DNA of 60,551 nucleotides from Bdellovibrionota bacterium (GTDB taxonomy: Bacteria > Bdellovibrionota > Bdellovibrionia > Bdellovibrionales > UBA840), in assembly GCA_036140815.1 (NCBI GenBank), contig JAYZXX010000046.1:1-60551 (forward strand). Reading direction: 5' to 3'. This document shows positions 27,722 to 36,307 of this stretch, in pieces. Within the stretch, counting starts at the first letter, position 1. Each line of letters opens with the position of its first letter. The notes under the pieces were generated by a model, which saw only the letters and a program-made list of their open reading frames with translations, had not been told where the DNA came from and made no database searches. Both the position numbers and the translations under genes were made by a program.

Positions 27722-28002
27722 AACGTATTTTTGAAGGTTCATTCACTGTACTAATTCTAAAAAGCTATTAGTATTTGAGCGACTAACTTTGAGTGGCACA
27801 CTCTACTGTCTATGATGTTGAGAAACCATCTAATACAATCTGAAAATTATGAATCTAATTACAAATTATTTGTATCGTCAGTCGCATTATCATCGTGAAT
27901 ATTTATCACTACTTCTGGGAAACCGCCTTCAACATTGGACACTAAGGATTAACTTTTTTAAAAATGTAGAACAAACGAAAGCTTTGATGTTAGGGAATAA
28001 GA

Positions 28003-29406
28003 TCACTCTTCTTCCACAAAACCATAAAGCCTTTCTTTGCGATAAAGTGTTCTACGGTTTATTCCTAATATTCTAGCGGCTTTTTCTTTTCTTCCTCTTG
28101 TGTGGTCCAAGATCTTTTTGATGTAGCGTTTTTCCAGTTCTTCGAGACTAATCAGGTCTTCATCAAAATTTAGTGAAACAGGCTTGGATTTATTTGGTTT
28201 TTGTTCTTCTGGGCGAATGCGATCAAAGCTAAAAAAGTTTTCGGAAATAATTTCGTTAGGACAAAGCACCACAGCTCTTTCCACAACGTTTTCTAATTCA
28301 CGAACGTTCCCTTCCCAGTAATTATCTACTAATTTTTCCATTGAAGCTCTGGAAAAGCTTCTGGCCTTGGCGTTATTAATTGCTGAATATTTATTTAAAA
28401 ATAACTCCGCCAGAGCAGGGATGTCCTCTTTTCTTTCGCGAAGAGGTGGAAGGTGAATTGGAATTACGCTCAAACGATAATAAAGATCTTCTCGAAATTT
28501 ACCTTGCTTGCACAATTCTTTTAAATCTTTGTGAGTGGCTGCTAAAATTCGAACATCTACTTCTTTGTATTGGTTTTCACCTACAGGTTTAATTTTACGT
28601 TCTTGTAAAACTCGTAGTAATTTGGCTTGCAGAGATAAATCCATATCACCAATTTCGTCTAAGAAAAGGGTTCCACCATCGGCTTCTTCGAATAGACCTT
28701 TTTTATTTTGATGAGCCCCTGTAAAAGAACCTTTTGCATGACCAAATAGTTCAGATTCTAAAAGGTTCTCAGGAATCGCTGTGCAATTAATTGGGACAAA
28801 ATTTTTTGCAGCTCTTTCGCCCGATTCATGAATGGCTCTCGCAATGACTTCTTTCCCTGTACCGCTTTCTCCTGTGATCAGTACATTGGTTTTTGCATTT
28901 GTAATTCGAGGAATCAAATCCAAAATGTGTTTCATCTCAGGGCTTTTGCCTAAAATGTTTTTGTAGGTCCATTTTTTATTTACTTCTTTTCTTAATGTAT
29001 TGTTGTCATTTTGAATCTTTCCAAATCGAACTGCTCTATCAATGGATACACCTAACTCAGACAACTGAAAGGGCTTTACTACATAATCAAAGGCACCTGT
29101 TCGGATTGCATCAACAGCTGTATCTACAGATCCAAAAGCGGTAATTAAAATAATCGGAAGGTCTGCTTGGGTGCGGTGAATATTTCGAATTAAATCAATG
29201 CCTGTAAGTTCGGGCATATTAATGTCTGAAATTACGAGATCCAGAAAAATACCTTTTTCTTCCATCTCTTTAATATAGACAACGGCTTCAGTGGCTTTAG
29301 TAAATGAACTTACTTTGTATTGATTCGCCAATAAAAAATCAGAGATCAAATTCATCATCTCTTTGTCATCATCAACTACTAGAACATGGCCTTTAGCTTC
29401 TTGCAT
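28003..29406 (-). CDS. Sigma-54-dependent response regulator (NtrC family: REC + AAA+ + Fis-type HTH)
   Basis: 'VLVVDDD..DLVISDINMPELTG', Walker A 'GESGTGKE', 'GSFTGA' (GAFTGA variant), 'LFLDEIGDM', and C-terminal HTH 'KAARILGINRRTLYRK'. Confidence 0.92.
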   Translation of the reverse strand: MQEAKGHVLVVDDDKEMMNLISDFLLANQYKVSSFTKATEAVVYIKEMEEKGIFLDLVISDINMPELTGIDLIRNIHRTQADLPIILITAFGSVDTAVDAIRTGAFDYVVKPFQLSELGVSIDRAVRFGKIQNDNNTLRKEVNKKWTYKNILGKSPEMKHILDLIPRITNAKTNVLITGESGTGKEVIARAIHESGERAAKNFVPINCTAIPENLLESELFGHAKGSFTGAHQNKKGLFEEADGGTLFLDEIGDMDLSLQAKLLRVLQERKIKPVGENQYKEVDVRILAATHKDLKELCKQGKFREDLYYRLSVIPIHLPPLRERKEDIPALAELFLNKYSAINNAKARSFSRASMEKLVDNYWEGNVRELENVVERAVVLCPNEIISENFFSFDRIRPEEQKPNKSKPVSLNFDEDLISLEELEKRYIKKILDHTRGRKEKAARILGINRRTLYRKERLYGFVEEE

Positions 29407-29574
29407 TGTATCCCTTTTTACCCAAAATGTTACAAAACGTCCCTGTATTTAAACAATCGGGACAATATATCTCAATCATTAGTGGGAAAGTCTCTCACAA
29501 TCGATATAGAGCAGTTTACGTGCCAAAAAGCTACGAAAAGCGGAATATAAATTTAATTTATTTATTTAAAAAGC

Positions 29575-29715
29575 AAAAAAAAGAGCCGAACGCATTCGGC
29601 CCAATCGGGGGTTTGAGCATTTCTGCTCAAGGAGGGAAATCTTTGTCACGGCGATATTAGCAAGGAGGGGGGGGAGCCAATACCGCCTTAGCGACAGAAA
29701 GAGTTATAATAGAAA
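29575..29715 (-). ncRNA. Candidate small RNA (minus strand) with C-rich CCUCCUUG segments and an intrinsic terminator; the 5' end is a guess
   Basis: On the minus strand: a 9-bp stem GGCGGUAUU/AAUAUCGCC presents a 'CCCCCCCUCCUUGCU' loop. A second 'CCCUCCUUG' precedes a 7-bp hairpin (UUGAGCA-gaaa-UGCUCAA). GCCGAA-ugcg-UUCGGC is followed by U8. No ORF is supported here. Confidence 0.3.
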
Positions 29716-29919
29716 GCTAACGAAAAGCCTAATTATTCATACTGTTTCCGGATTATTAGTTTTACTTATCAAGTGAAAGCTAGCTGAGAATGCTTAAAAT
29801 GCTATCTAAGAGGCTATTAAACGGCTTTTCAGAGATTGTATCGGCCATTTGCTCGTGATAGCCTCCTGAAGTCTTATAGAAAGCTAATATATCATCGTGT
29901 CGAATGAGGGGAGGTTTTT

Positions 29920-30966
29920 ATGTCTGAATGGTTAAATCCAGTGGGACTAGATGGAATGGATTTCGTAGAGTTTGCGGATACGGATAAAAAGGAACTTACT
30001 AAGATTTTCACCGCATTCGGTTTTGAAAAGATCGCTGATCATAAAGAAAAACAAATTGAATTATGGCGACAGGGCGACATCAACTTTCTGTTAAACACTG
30101 AAACGACTGGTTTTGCTGCTGAGTTTTGTAAAATGCATGGACCAAGCGTTTGCTCTATGGGTTTTCGTGTAAAAAGCGCTCCTAATGCAGTAGAGGAGGT
30201 TTTATCGAAAGATGCCACATTATTTAATGAAGCTAATAAAAAAAGTTTCCTGACAGATTACCCAACGATATTTGGAATAGGTGATAGTCTAATTTATTTT
30301 ATTGAAACTTATGGTGAAAAAGGAAATATTTTTGAAGACGAATACAATTACCTTTCTGACCGTAGAGAAGTGAAGGGTAAAGGTTTTCAAAGAGTTGATC
30401 ACTTAACAAATAATGTTCCCGCCGGCGATATGCAAAAGTGGTGTGATTGGTATTCTAAGATTTTTAATTTCCAAGAAAAAAGATACTTCGATATTCATGG
30501 ATCAAAAACAGGTTTAACATCAAAGGTAATGATGTCACCTTGTCGTAAAATTATGATTCCAGTAAATGAGCCATCCGATGAGAAGTCTCAAATTCAAGAG
30601 TATTTAGACGAATACAAAGGAAGTGGCGTTCAGCATATCGCATTGTTGACTAATGATATAGTGTCTACATTGACTGATGTTAGAAAAGAGCATGACGATT
30701 TCTTGAACGTTCCTAGTACTTATTATGAAGACATTCCCAATCGTTTAGAAAATGTGGAAGAAAATCTCGCTGTATTAGAAAAGTTAGGGATTTTAGTAGA
30801 TGGAGATGATGAAGGATACTTACTTCAAATTTTCACACAAAACTTATGCGGCCCCATTTTCTTTGAAGTGATTGAAAGAAAAAATCATCACGGTTTTGGT
30901 GAGGGAAATTTTCAGGCTTTGTTCGAGGCCATCGAAAGAGACCAAGAGCGAAGAGGAGTTTTGTGA
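29920..30966 (+). CDS. hppD: 4-hydroxyphenylpyruvate dioxygenase
   Basis: GGGGAGG RBS. 'FQRVDHLTNNV', 'GSGVQHIAL', 'GYLLQIFT', 'FFEVIERK..GFGEGNFQALFEAIE'. Confidence 0.9.
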   Translation: MSEWLNPVGLDGMDFVEFADTDKKELTKIFTAFGFEKIADHKEKQIELWRQGDINFLLNTETTGFAAEFCKMHGPSVCSMGFRVKSAPNAVEEVLSKDATLFNEANKKSFLTDYPTIFGIGDSLIYFIETYGEKGNIFEDEYNYLSDRREVKGKGFQRVDHLTNNVPAGDMQKWCDWYSKIFNFQEKRYFDIHGSKTGLTSKVMMSPCRKIMIPVNEPSDEKSQIQEYLDEYKGSGVQHIALLTNDIVSTLTDVRKEHDDFLNVPSTYYEDIPNRLENVEENLAVLEKLGILVDGDDEGYLLQIFTQNLCGPIFFEVIERKNHHGFGEGNFQALFEAIERDQERRGVL

Positions 30967-32075
30967 TCAGCAAAGCTCGCCTCGGCGAAAAATATTCTGA
31001 TGACCAAGCGATGAAGCTAGCCATAGATATAGCCTACCAAGGATGGGGAGATGTTAAATCCAATCCTATGGTAGGTTGTGTTGTTTTAAGCTCAGAACAA
31101 AATTTGGTTTCTTTTGGTTATCATGAAAAGTATGGCGAAGGTCATGCTGAAGTTAATGCTCTAAAAAATGTTGAGGCCTCCCAAGTAGAAGGTGGGAGTA
31201 TTTTTGTGACTCTTGAGCCTTGTTCTCACTATGGTAAAACTCCGCCTTGTGCCGAATTGGTAAGGCAATTTCCTTTTGCACGATTAGTCATTGGTTTAAT
31301 GGACCCCAATCCATTGGTCAATGGCAAAGGGGCTATGTTAGTTGCTGAAAAAGGAATTTTAGTAGAAACTCATACCAAGTATTTAAATGAATTAGAGCAG
31401 CAAAATTCTATTTTCTTAACCAATATGAAAGAAAAACGCCCATTCTGGGCTGTGAAGCAAGGTCTTTCCAAAGATTATAAAATCACAGGACCAGAGGGAA
31501 AAACAGCTCGCGTAACCAATGAAGAATCTCGTAAAGAGGTGTATCGTTTAAGGCATGGCTATTCATGTATTTCTGTGAGTGGGAGAACCCTTTTGCAGGA
31601 TTCTCCTAAATTAAGTGTGATTCATAATAAGCAAGAGTACTATCCTGATTTATTGGTTTTTTGTACAGACCCTCAAAAATATTTATCACTAAAAGTTCCG
31701 GCTCTAAACCAAAGAACGGCTGAACAAGTAGCTTTTTTAGTCCCAGGCGAAGAGTTCAAAATAGGAAATATCCAAGCCCATGAAATTATAGAGGTGAATT
31801 GGGAATCAGAAGAGTCTGTTTTAAAGATGCAAAACCACCTTTATAAAAATAGAAAATACTCATCTATATTTATTGAACCGGGAGCAGAGCTTTTCGATTT
31901 TCTATGGCAAAGAAAGATAATAGATAGATATTATTTTTTCGTTGGACAAGAAACTCAGGGGGATGCGGCCAAAGCTTTTTCAAAGGTACTGGAGTTTGAG
32001 AAAGACATTCTTTGCAATTCACTGACTGCAAAAAATGAGTTTTCAGGGGACCAGTTTTTTGAAATTAAAGTTTAA
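30963..32075 (+). CDS. ribD: Bifunctional riboflavin biosynthesis protein RibD (pyrimidine deaminase/reductase)
   Basis: 'NPMVGCVVL', 'GHAEVNAL', 'TLEPCSHYGKTPPC', and a RibD_C-like second half. The GTG start overlaps the hppD stop (GTGA). Confidence 0.85.
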   Translation: MISKARLGEKYSDDQAMKLAIDIAYQGWGDVKSNPMVGCVVLSSEQNLVSFGYHEKYGEGHAEVNALKNVEASQVEGGSIFVTLEPCSHYGKTPPCAELVRQFPFARLVIGLMDPNPLVNGKGAMLVAEKGILVETHTKYLNELEQQNSIFLTNMKEKRPFWAVKQGLSKDYKITGPEGKTARVTNEESRKEVYRLRHGYSCISVSGRTLLQDSPKLSVIHNKQEYYPDLLVFCTDPQKYLSLKVPALNQRTAEQVAFLVPGEEFKIGNIQAHEIIEVNWESEESVLKMQNHLYKNRKYSSIFIEPGAELFDFLWQRKIIDRYYFFVGQETQGDAAKAFSKVLEFEKDILCNSLTAKNEFSGDQFFEIKV

Positions 32076-32950
32076 AACTTTTTACCCAACTTCATGTTTT
32101 TCATTGTATTGTTAAATGGGGAATCAGTTTTTGCTTTAGGACTTGCAGGGCAAGGATTACTTGGTTTTGCAAATAGCGAATAATTTCTTTGCTGTATTGG
32201 TAAAAGAGTTCTTTCTAGATCTTTACGAATTTCTTTTTGATTTTCAATTTTTATTTTTGAGTCAGTACTCCTGTATGAATCACCATCAAAGTAAACTTGA
32301 GAAGAATGTTGAAATACTTTAAAAAGTCTAAAATCGTAAAAAGCTTGCAAAGAAGCCTCCAATTGTTTTTCTTCAAGGTAAGGGTCGAAAAAATGTAAGC
32401 TTTTAATTTCAGGCACATTCTCAGAGCTAAATTCTATGTAGATTTCAGCTATTTTTAGTGGGCCTGATCTATCTTCAGCAGCAGCCGATACTATTACTCC
32501 TAGTTTTCCATCCACTTTAACACTTCTAACAACAATGTTTTCTGCCCTAAACGGCATACGGTTGGCGCTTTTGAATTTTTTGTCACCCTCCATTTTTCCA
32601 AATTGGACATGGAGTGGAAAAGGAGAATAACTGTTATAGTCAACTGCAGTTAAAAAATATTGTCCATTCATAAGTTCAAAACTTTGTATATCACCATAAA
32701 TCTGCAGGCGATGAAATGGGTCTGTGTTCTCGACATACTTTATTTTACTAGATCGAAAAATTGTCATTGTGACGGCAGATTCTTCATTTATATATTTTCG
32801 AAAGCTCATTTTTTTTGAAATAGCGCCACTTCGTTGTTTGCTTTTATAAATATGATTCAAAATAGAAAGTTCTTTTTGATTGAAGTCAACTTGAGCAAAA
32901 GCCTGCATCGAACCTAAAAAGAAAAACGCAAAAAATAATTTATGAAGCAC
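32072..32950 (-). CDS. Exported hypothetical protein
   Basis: GTG start with AGGAGAG RBS. Signal peptide 'MLHKLFFAFFFLGSMQAFA|QV'. No family recognised. Confidence 0.6.
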   Translation of the reverse strand: MLHKLFFAFFFLGSMQAFAQVDFNQKELSILNHIYKSKQRSGAISKKMSFRKYINEESAVTMTIFRSSKIKYVENTDPFHRLQIYGDIQSFELMNGQYFLTAVDYNSYSPFPLHVQFGKMEGDKKFKSANRMPFRAENIVVRSVKVDGKLGVIVSAAAEDRSGPLKIAEIYIEFSSENVPEIKSLHFFDPYLEEKQLEASLQAFYDFRLFKVFQHSSQVYFDGDSYRSTDSKIKIENQKEIRKDLERTLLPIQQRNYSLFAKPSNPCPASPKAKTDSPFNNTMKNMKLGKKF

Positions 32951-33143
32951 AATACTCTCCTGTATTTAAAGTACTTAGATAAGGTATATTTTGAGCAAAT
33001 AAAACCAATATTTAGGCCAGGGGGTAGATTCTCTAGACTTGTCAAAAAAATAGATACGGGAATATTAGAGATGGGTGCTAAAATGTAAATGATGAAATTT
33101 ATTTTATTTCAAAAAATGAATGTGATGAGACAAGGAGAGCCCA

Positions 33144-33935
33144 TTGCGCGTGAATAGTTTTGAGTTTGGAGATTTACAGGCTGTACCAGCATTTTACCAT
33201 CAATTTTTGAGGGAATTTATGAGTAAGATTTATTTAGTGTTTGGTATTCACAAGCTGTGGCGAACTGAAATTACTGAGTTTGTTAAGCGGCAAGGTTCGC
33301 AAAGTATCCATGATCCGTGTGCTGGAAGTGGTTATGTAAACCAACTGATATTTGAAAGCTTAGATGAAAAATTAAATGCGAAATTTTATTTATCCGATCT
33401 TATGACTGATGAAAGTCCAGAGTTTGCAAAACAAATAAATGCGTTGGGTTTTGAAAATCTTAAGTTTGCAGAGAAGTCGATAGATCTTTTAAAGATTGAA
33501 GCTTCTAATCAAATGCCTAAAATGTTTGTAAATTCATTCCATCATTTTGATCGAGATCATGTGAAGGAAATTTTAAAAAACACCTTGGGCCAAGGCAAAG
33601 AATTACTAGTTCTAGAATATTGTCGTAAAACTCCTGATAGTTTGATGTCGATGTTATTTGGTGGAGTTTTTAGTCTATTATTTTTCCCTTTCGTTGTGGA
33701 AAAGAAATTTGTACTTCCTAGCTTTATTTTTACCTATTTGATTCCAGTCATCCCTTTTATGTTGGTTTGGGACGGTGTTGTTTCCTGCCTAAGAACACAC
33801 AGTAGTTCAAGTCTAGAAGAGATTCTTGTTGATCTTAATTTTTCCAATGTGTCTATTGAGAAAAAAACTAAAAGATCTCTCTTGTATCCGTCTGGTGTGG
33901 ATTCATATTTTTTTAAAATAGAAAATAGAAAATAG
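33144..33935 (+). CDS. Hypothetical protein: possible SAM-binding N-terminal part plus C-terminal membrane helices
   Basis: TTG start with AAGGAGAG RBS. 'IHDPCAGSGYV' resembles methyltransferase motif I. Hydrophobic 'LMSMLFGGVFSLLFFPFVV' and 'FIFTYLIPVIPFMLVWDGVV'. The last 6 codons and the stop come from the heptamer microsatellite. Confidence 0.55.
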   Translation: MRVNSFEFGDLQAVPAFYHQFLREFMSKIYLVFGIHKLWRTEITEFVKRQGSQSIHDPCAGSGYVNQLIFESLDEKLNAKFYLSDLMTDESPEFAKQINALGFENLKFAEKSIDLLKIEASNQMPKMFVNSFHHFDRDHVKEILKNTLGQGKELLVLEYCRKTPDSLMSMLFGGVFSLLFFPFVVEKKFVLPSFIFTYLIPVIPFMLVWDGVVSCLRTHSSSSLEEILVDLNFSNVSIEKKTKRSLLYPSGVDSYFFKIENRK

Positions 33936-34010
33936 AAAATAGAAAATAGAAAATAGAAAATAGAAAATAGAAAATAGAAAATAGAAAATAGAAAATAGAA
34001 AATAGAAAAT
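33915..34010. repeat. Heptanucleotide microsatellite (AAAATAG), about 13.7 perfect units
   Basis: Read directly: 96 nt of uninterrupted 7-nt periodicity. It starts inside the 3' end of the 33144-33935 CDS. Confidence 0.97.
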
Positions 34011-34046
34011 CGGCCAGGTGGGTTGCATCTGGCCGATTCAGTTTTT
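34011..34046 (+). terminator. Hairpin plus T-run immediately after the microsatellite
   Basis: CGGCCAG-gtgggttgcat-CTGGCCG, then attcagTTTTT. Confidence 0.45.
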
Positions 34047-34436
34047 AAGAGCCTCGAGATCGCTGCTCAAATTTACGCTCCGATTAACTCGAATGAAGGG
34101 GGTTTTAAAAGAAGTAATAAAACCTAGTCTAAATATAGCTGACTCACTTATATTTTACGTCTTTGGTTTTGCTGAATAGTTATAACTTATCTTTAATTAG
34201 CTAGTAAAAAAATACAGATGACTTAAAAAACAATAACCAAGAACTGGAGTGATGAAGGAGACTATTTACTATTCTAACTTTTTCATTTGTTTATTATCAG
34301 AGTTAATCAAGAATTAAAAAGAAAGGATTATTCAGAAAATATTTTAGCCCAATAAAAAAACTCCAACGAAAAAGGCAGGAGTTTTTAAATGAGATTGCGC
34401 ATTATCTTTATGTCTGAACTAGATTTAAGCTGTCAA

Positions 34437-35180
34437 TTAACTAGCCCGCGGCCCACGTTTTAATTTAAAGTCTTTAATTTCTGCCATGCGATCTTTGATG
34501 TGAAAGAATAGTTCAAAGTTATAAATGTCTAAAACAAAATCCTCTTTCACATTGCCTTTACTAGAGTCTCTAGACTGTATTGGTCTTGGATCTTCTTTGA
34601 TAAGGTTGGATAAAAAACCGATCAATTGCTCTGAATTTATAAAGTCTTTCTTTGCATCGATTCTTTCAAAATAGTCGTCAAATTTGGTCTTACAGTTCAT
34701 TGAGATATTTACCTCGTCAATACTCTCACGAACCAACTCTAGCCAACCAGATCTAGCATCAGGAATACTATCGTATTCAGGGATGTAAGGCTTGATATCC
34801 AAAATGGGTGTTTTATCCACAAGGTCTGCACCCTTTACCCAAATATGATCCGGTCCAATATCAACCAACTCAACAACGCTCATGGCGATTGGGTTTGGAC
34901 GATGAGGACTTCTTGTAGCAAAAACCCCTTGTTTTTTCCCTTCAAAACGAGGCGGGCTTACCTTAGCTTTAAAAGTATCCGAATTGTTTAAGTGAAAACC
35001 CCACAAGATCCAAACGTGGCTGAAGCCTTCAAGGCCTTGTAAGCTTAAGCTTGGTTGGTAGGATTTATTGAAGCTGATCTTAGAATGAATTTCTTTGATC
35101 AAACCCGCTTGTCTTGGTACTGCAAATTTGTTTTTGAATGGTGATTTAATTTTACCAATCGGTTTACACAGTAGTTCCAT
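34437..35180 (-). CDS. trmO: tRNA (N6-threonylcarbamoyladenosine(37)-N6)-methyltransferase TrmO (TsaA/YaeB family)
   Basis: 'VPRQAGL', 'GFSHVWILWGFH', 'GVFATRSPHRPNPIAMSVVELV', 'DKTPILDIKPYIPEYD'. Confidence 0.85.
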   Translation of the reverse strand: MELLCKPIGKIKSPFKNKFAVPRQAGLIKEIHSKISFNKSYQPSLSLQGLEGFSHVWILWGFHLNNSDTFKAKVSPPRFEGKKQGVFATRSPHRPNPIAMSVVELVDIGPDHIWVKGADLVDKTPILDIKPYIPEYDSIPDARSGWLELVRESIDEVNISMNCKTKFDDYFERIDAKKDFINSEQLIGFLSNLIKEDPRPIQSRDSSKGNVKEDFVLDIYNFELFFHIKDRMAEIKDFKLKRGPRAS

Positions 35181-35922
35181 CTTCTTTATTTCCCTCTCTT
35201 AATTTGCGAAGACTTTGTTGAACTACTTTCTCGAAGATTTCTTTTTCTTTTGCACTTGGAAGACTTCTGTCTAACAAGTTCGTAAGAATTTTCGCGGCAT
35301 TTACTCTTGGAGAACTTAAATCAAAGCCCAGCTCTAATAGCCAGGCTTTCACTAAAGGACCAGATTGTAAATCCACTACTTCGCGTTTTGAGTCAGTAGT
35401 GCTAGTAAAGTCCATGCTTTCGCGCCAAGACTGAACGATATACAAAGCTAACTGTACAGCGTGTGCGAGATTCAGGCTCTTAAACTCACCGTAAATTGGA
35501 AGACTTGCCGAGTACTGGCATGCTTCTAATTGTTCGGTACTAAGGCCATCATCTTCAGGTCCAAACATCAAATAGATTGGTGTATTTTCCTGAAAGCTTC
35601 CGTCTTGGTTTTGTGTTTCAAATTCTTTTAGTAGTTGAGGAAGTAAGAAGTTCGGTCGGTTTTTTCCAGAACGAGCTGTCATGGCTATGCGTATTCCATC
35701 TGGCTCTGAAGAAATAAATTCTTCAATATTCTTGTAAACTGAAAGTTCTTCTAGATGCTTTTGAGCACCAGCAGCACCTTGTCTTGCTTCGAAATGATCG
35801 GTCTCACACTCAGGCGCCACAGAAATTAACTTTCCAGCTCCCATATTGCCGCAAGCACGAGCCGCAGCACCTAGGTTTCTAGGGTATTGAGTGTTAACAA
35901 GTACAACATGAACGGGGGTCAA
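35164..35922 (-). CDS. trmJ: SpoU/TrmH-class tRNA 2'-O-methyltransferase, TrmJ-like
   Basis: TTG start with GGAGAGGA RBS. 'VVLVNTQYPRNLGAAARACGNMG', 'LMFGPEDDGLS', 'IPIYGEFKSLNLAHAVQLALY'. Confidence 0.8.
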   Translation of the reverse strand: MTPVHVVLVNTQYPRNLGAAARACGNMGAGKLISVAPECETDHFEARQGAAGAQKHLEELSVYKNIEEFISSEPDGIRIAMTARSGKNRPNFLLPQLLKEFETQNQDGSFQENTPIYLMFGPEDDGLSTEQLEACQYSASLPIYGEFKSLNLAHAVQLALYIVQSWRESMDFTSTTDSKREVVDLQSGPLVKAWLLELGFDLSSPRVNAAKILTNLLDRSLPSAKEKEIFEKVVQQSLRKLREGNKEDGTTV

Positions 35923-36307
35923 AATCTTCCTCTCCTAATAAATGAATGGGCTTCTATTATCTAAAGCCCCAACACATATTCCGATTTCCCATTCGCCTGT
36001 TTTAGCCCATATCCTGAAAACCACAATAGATTTCCATCAAATACAATCTATCTAGTTTCCTTCAGTATAGAAAATACCGGTCAAGTATAAGTCAGTCTTT
36101 GGTTAACTATAATACTTGGTAAAAACACTCTTAAATAGGCTATTTTTTTAAGAAAAGGTTAATTTTTCGAATCTATTTGCTGAAATCTAGCCGTTGAAAT
36201 ATTGGGGGAGTGAAAAGCTTTTTTCCAAAAATGAGATATTTTTCTAAATTATATCTCATTACTAGCCGAATAGCTTGGGAATAATCTTAGCTCAAAGGGA
36301 GACAGTT

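Noticed and set aside
27794-27809. Perfect -24 element TGGCAC in the HK/NtrC intergenic region.
   Set aside because: The -12 position reads ACTGT, with no GC dinucleotide at the required spacing, and no supported downstream gene exists.
27849-28076. 75-aa plus-strand ORF overlapping the 3' end of the sigma-54 regulator gene.
   Set aside because: It overlaps a well-supported CDS on the opposite strand, and it has no RBS and no motifs.
29406-29660. 84-aa plus-strand ORF in the ntrC-like/hppD intergenic region.
   Set aside because: It has no RBS. Its translation is Lys/Tyr/Ile-rich AT-driven sequence running through promoter-like DNA and the hairpin block. A non-coding regulatory or sRNA region explains it better.
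36232-36258. Inverted repeat GAGATAT-N11-ATATCTC upstream of the RCC1-like lipoprotein gene.
   Set aside because: It is short and AT-rich in an AT-rich intergenic region, so it is expected by chance, and there is no supporting second copy.
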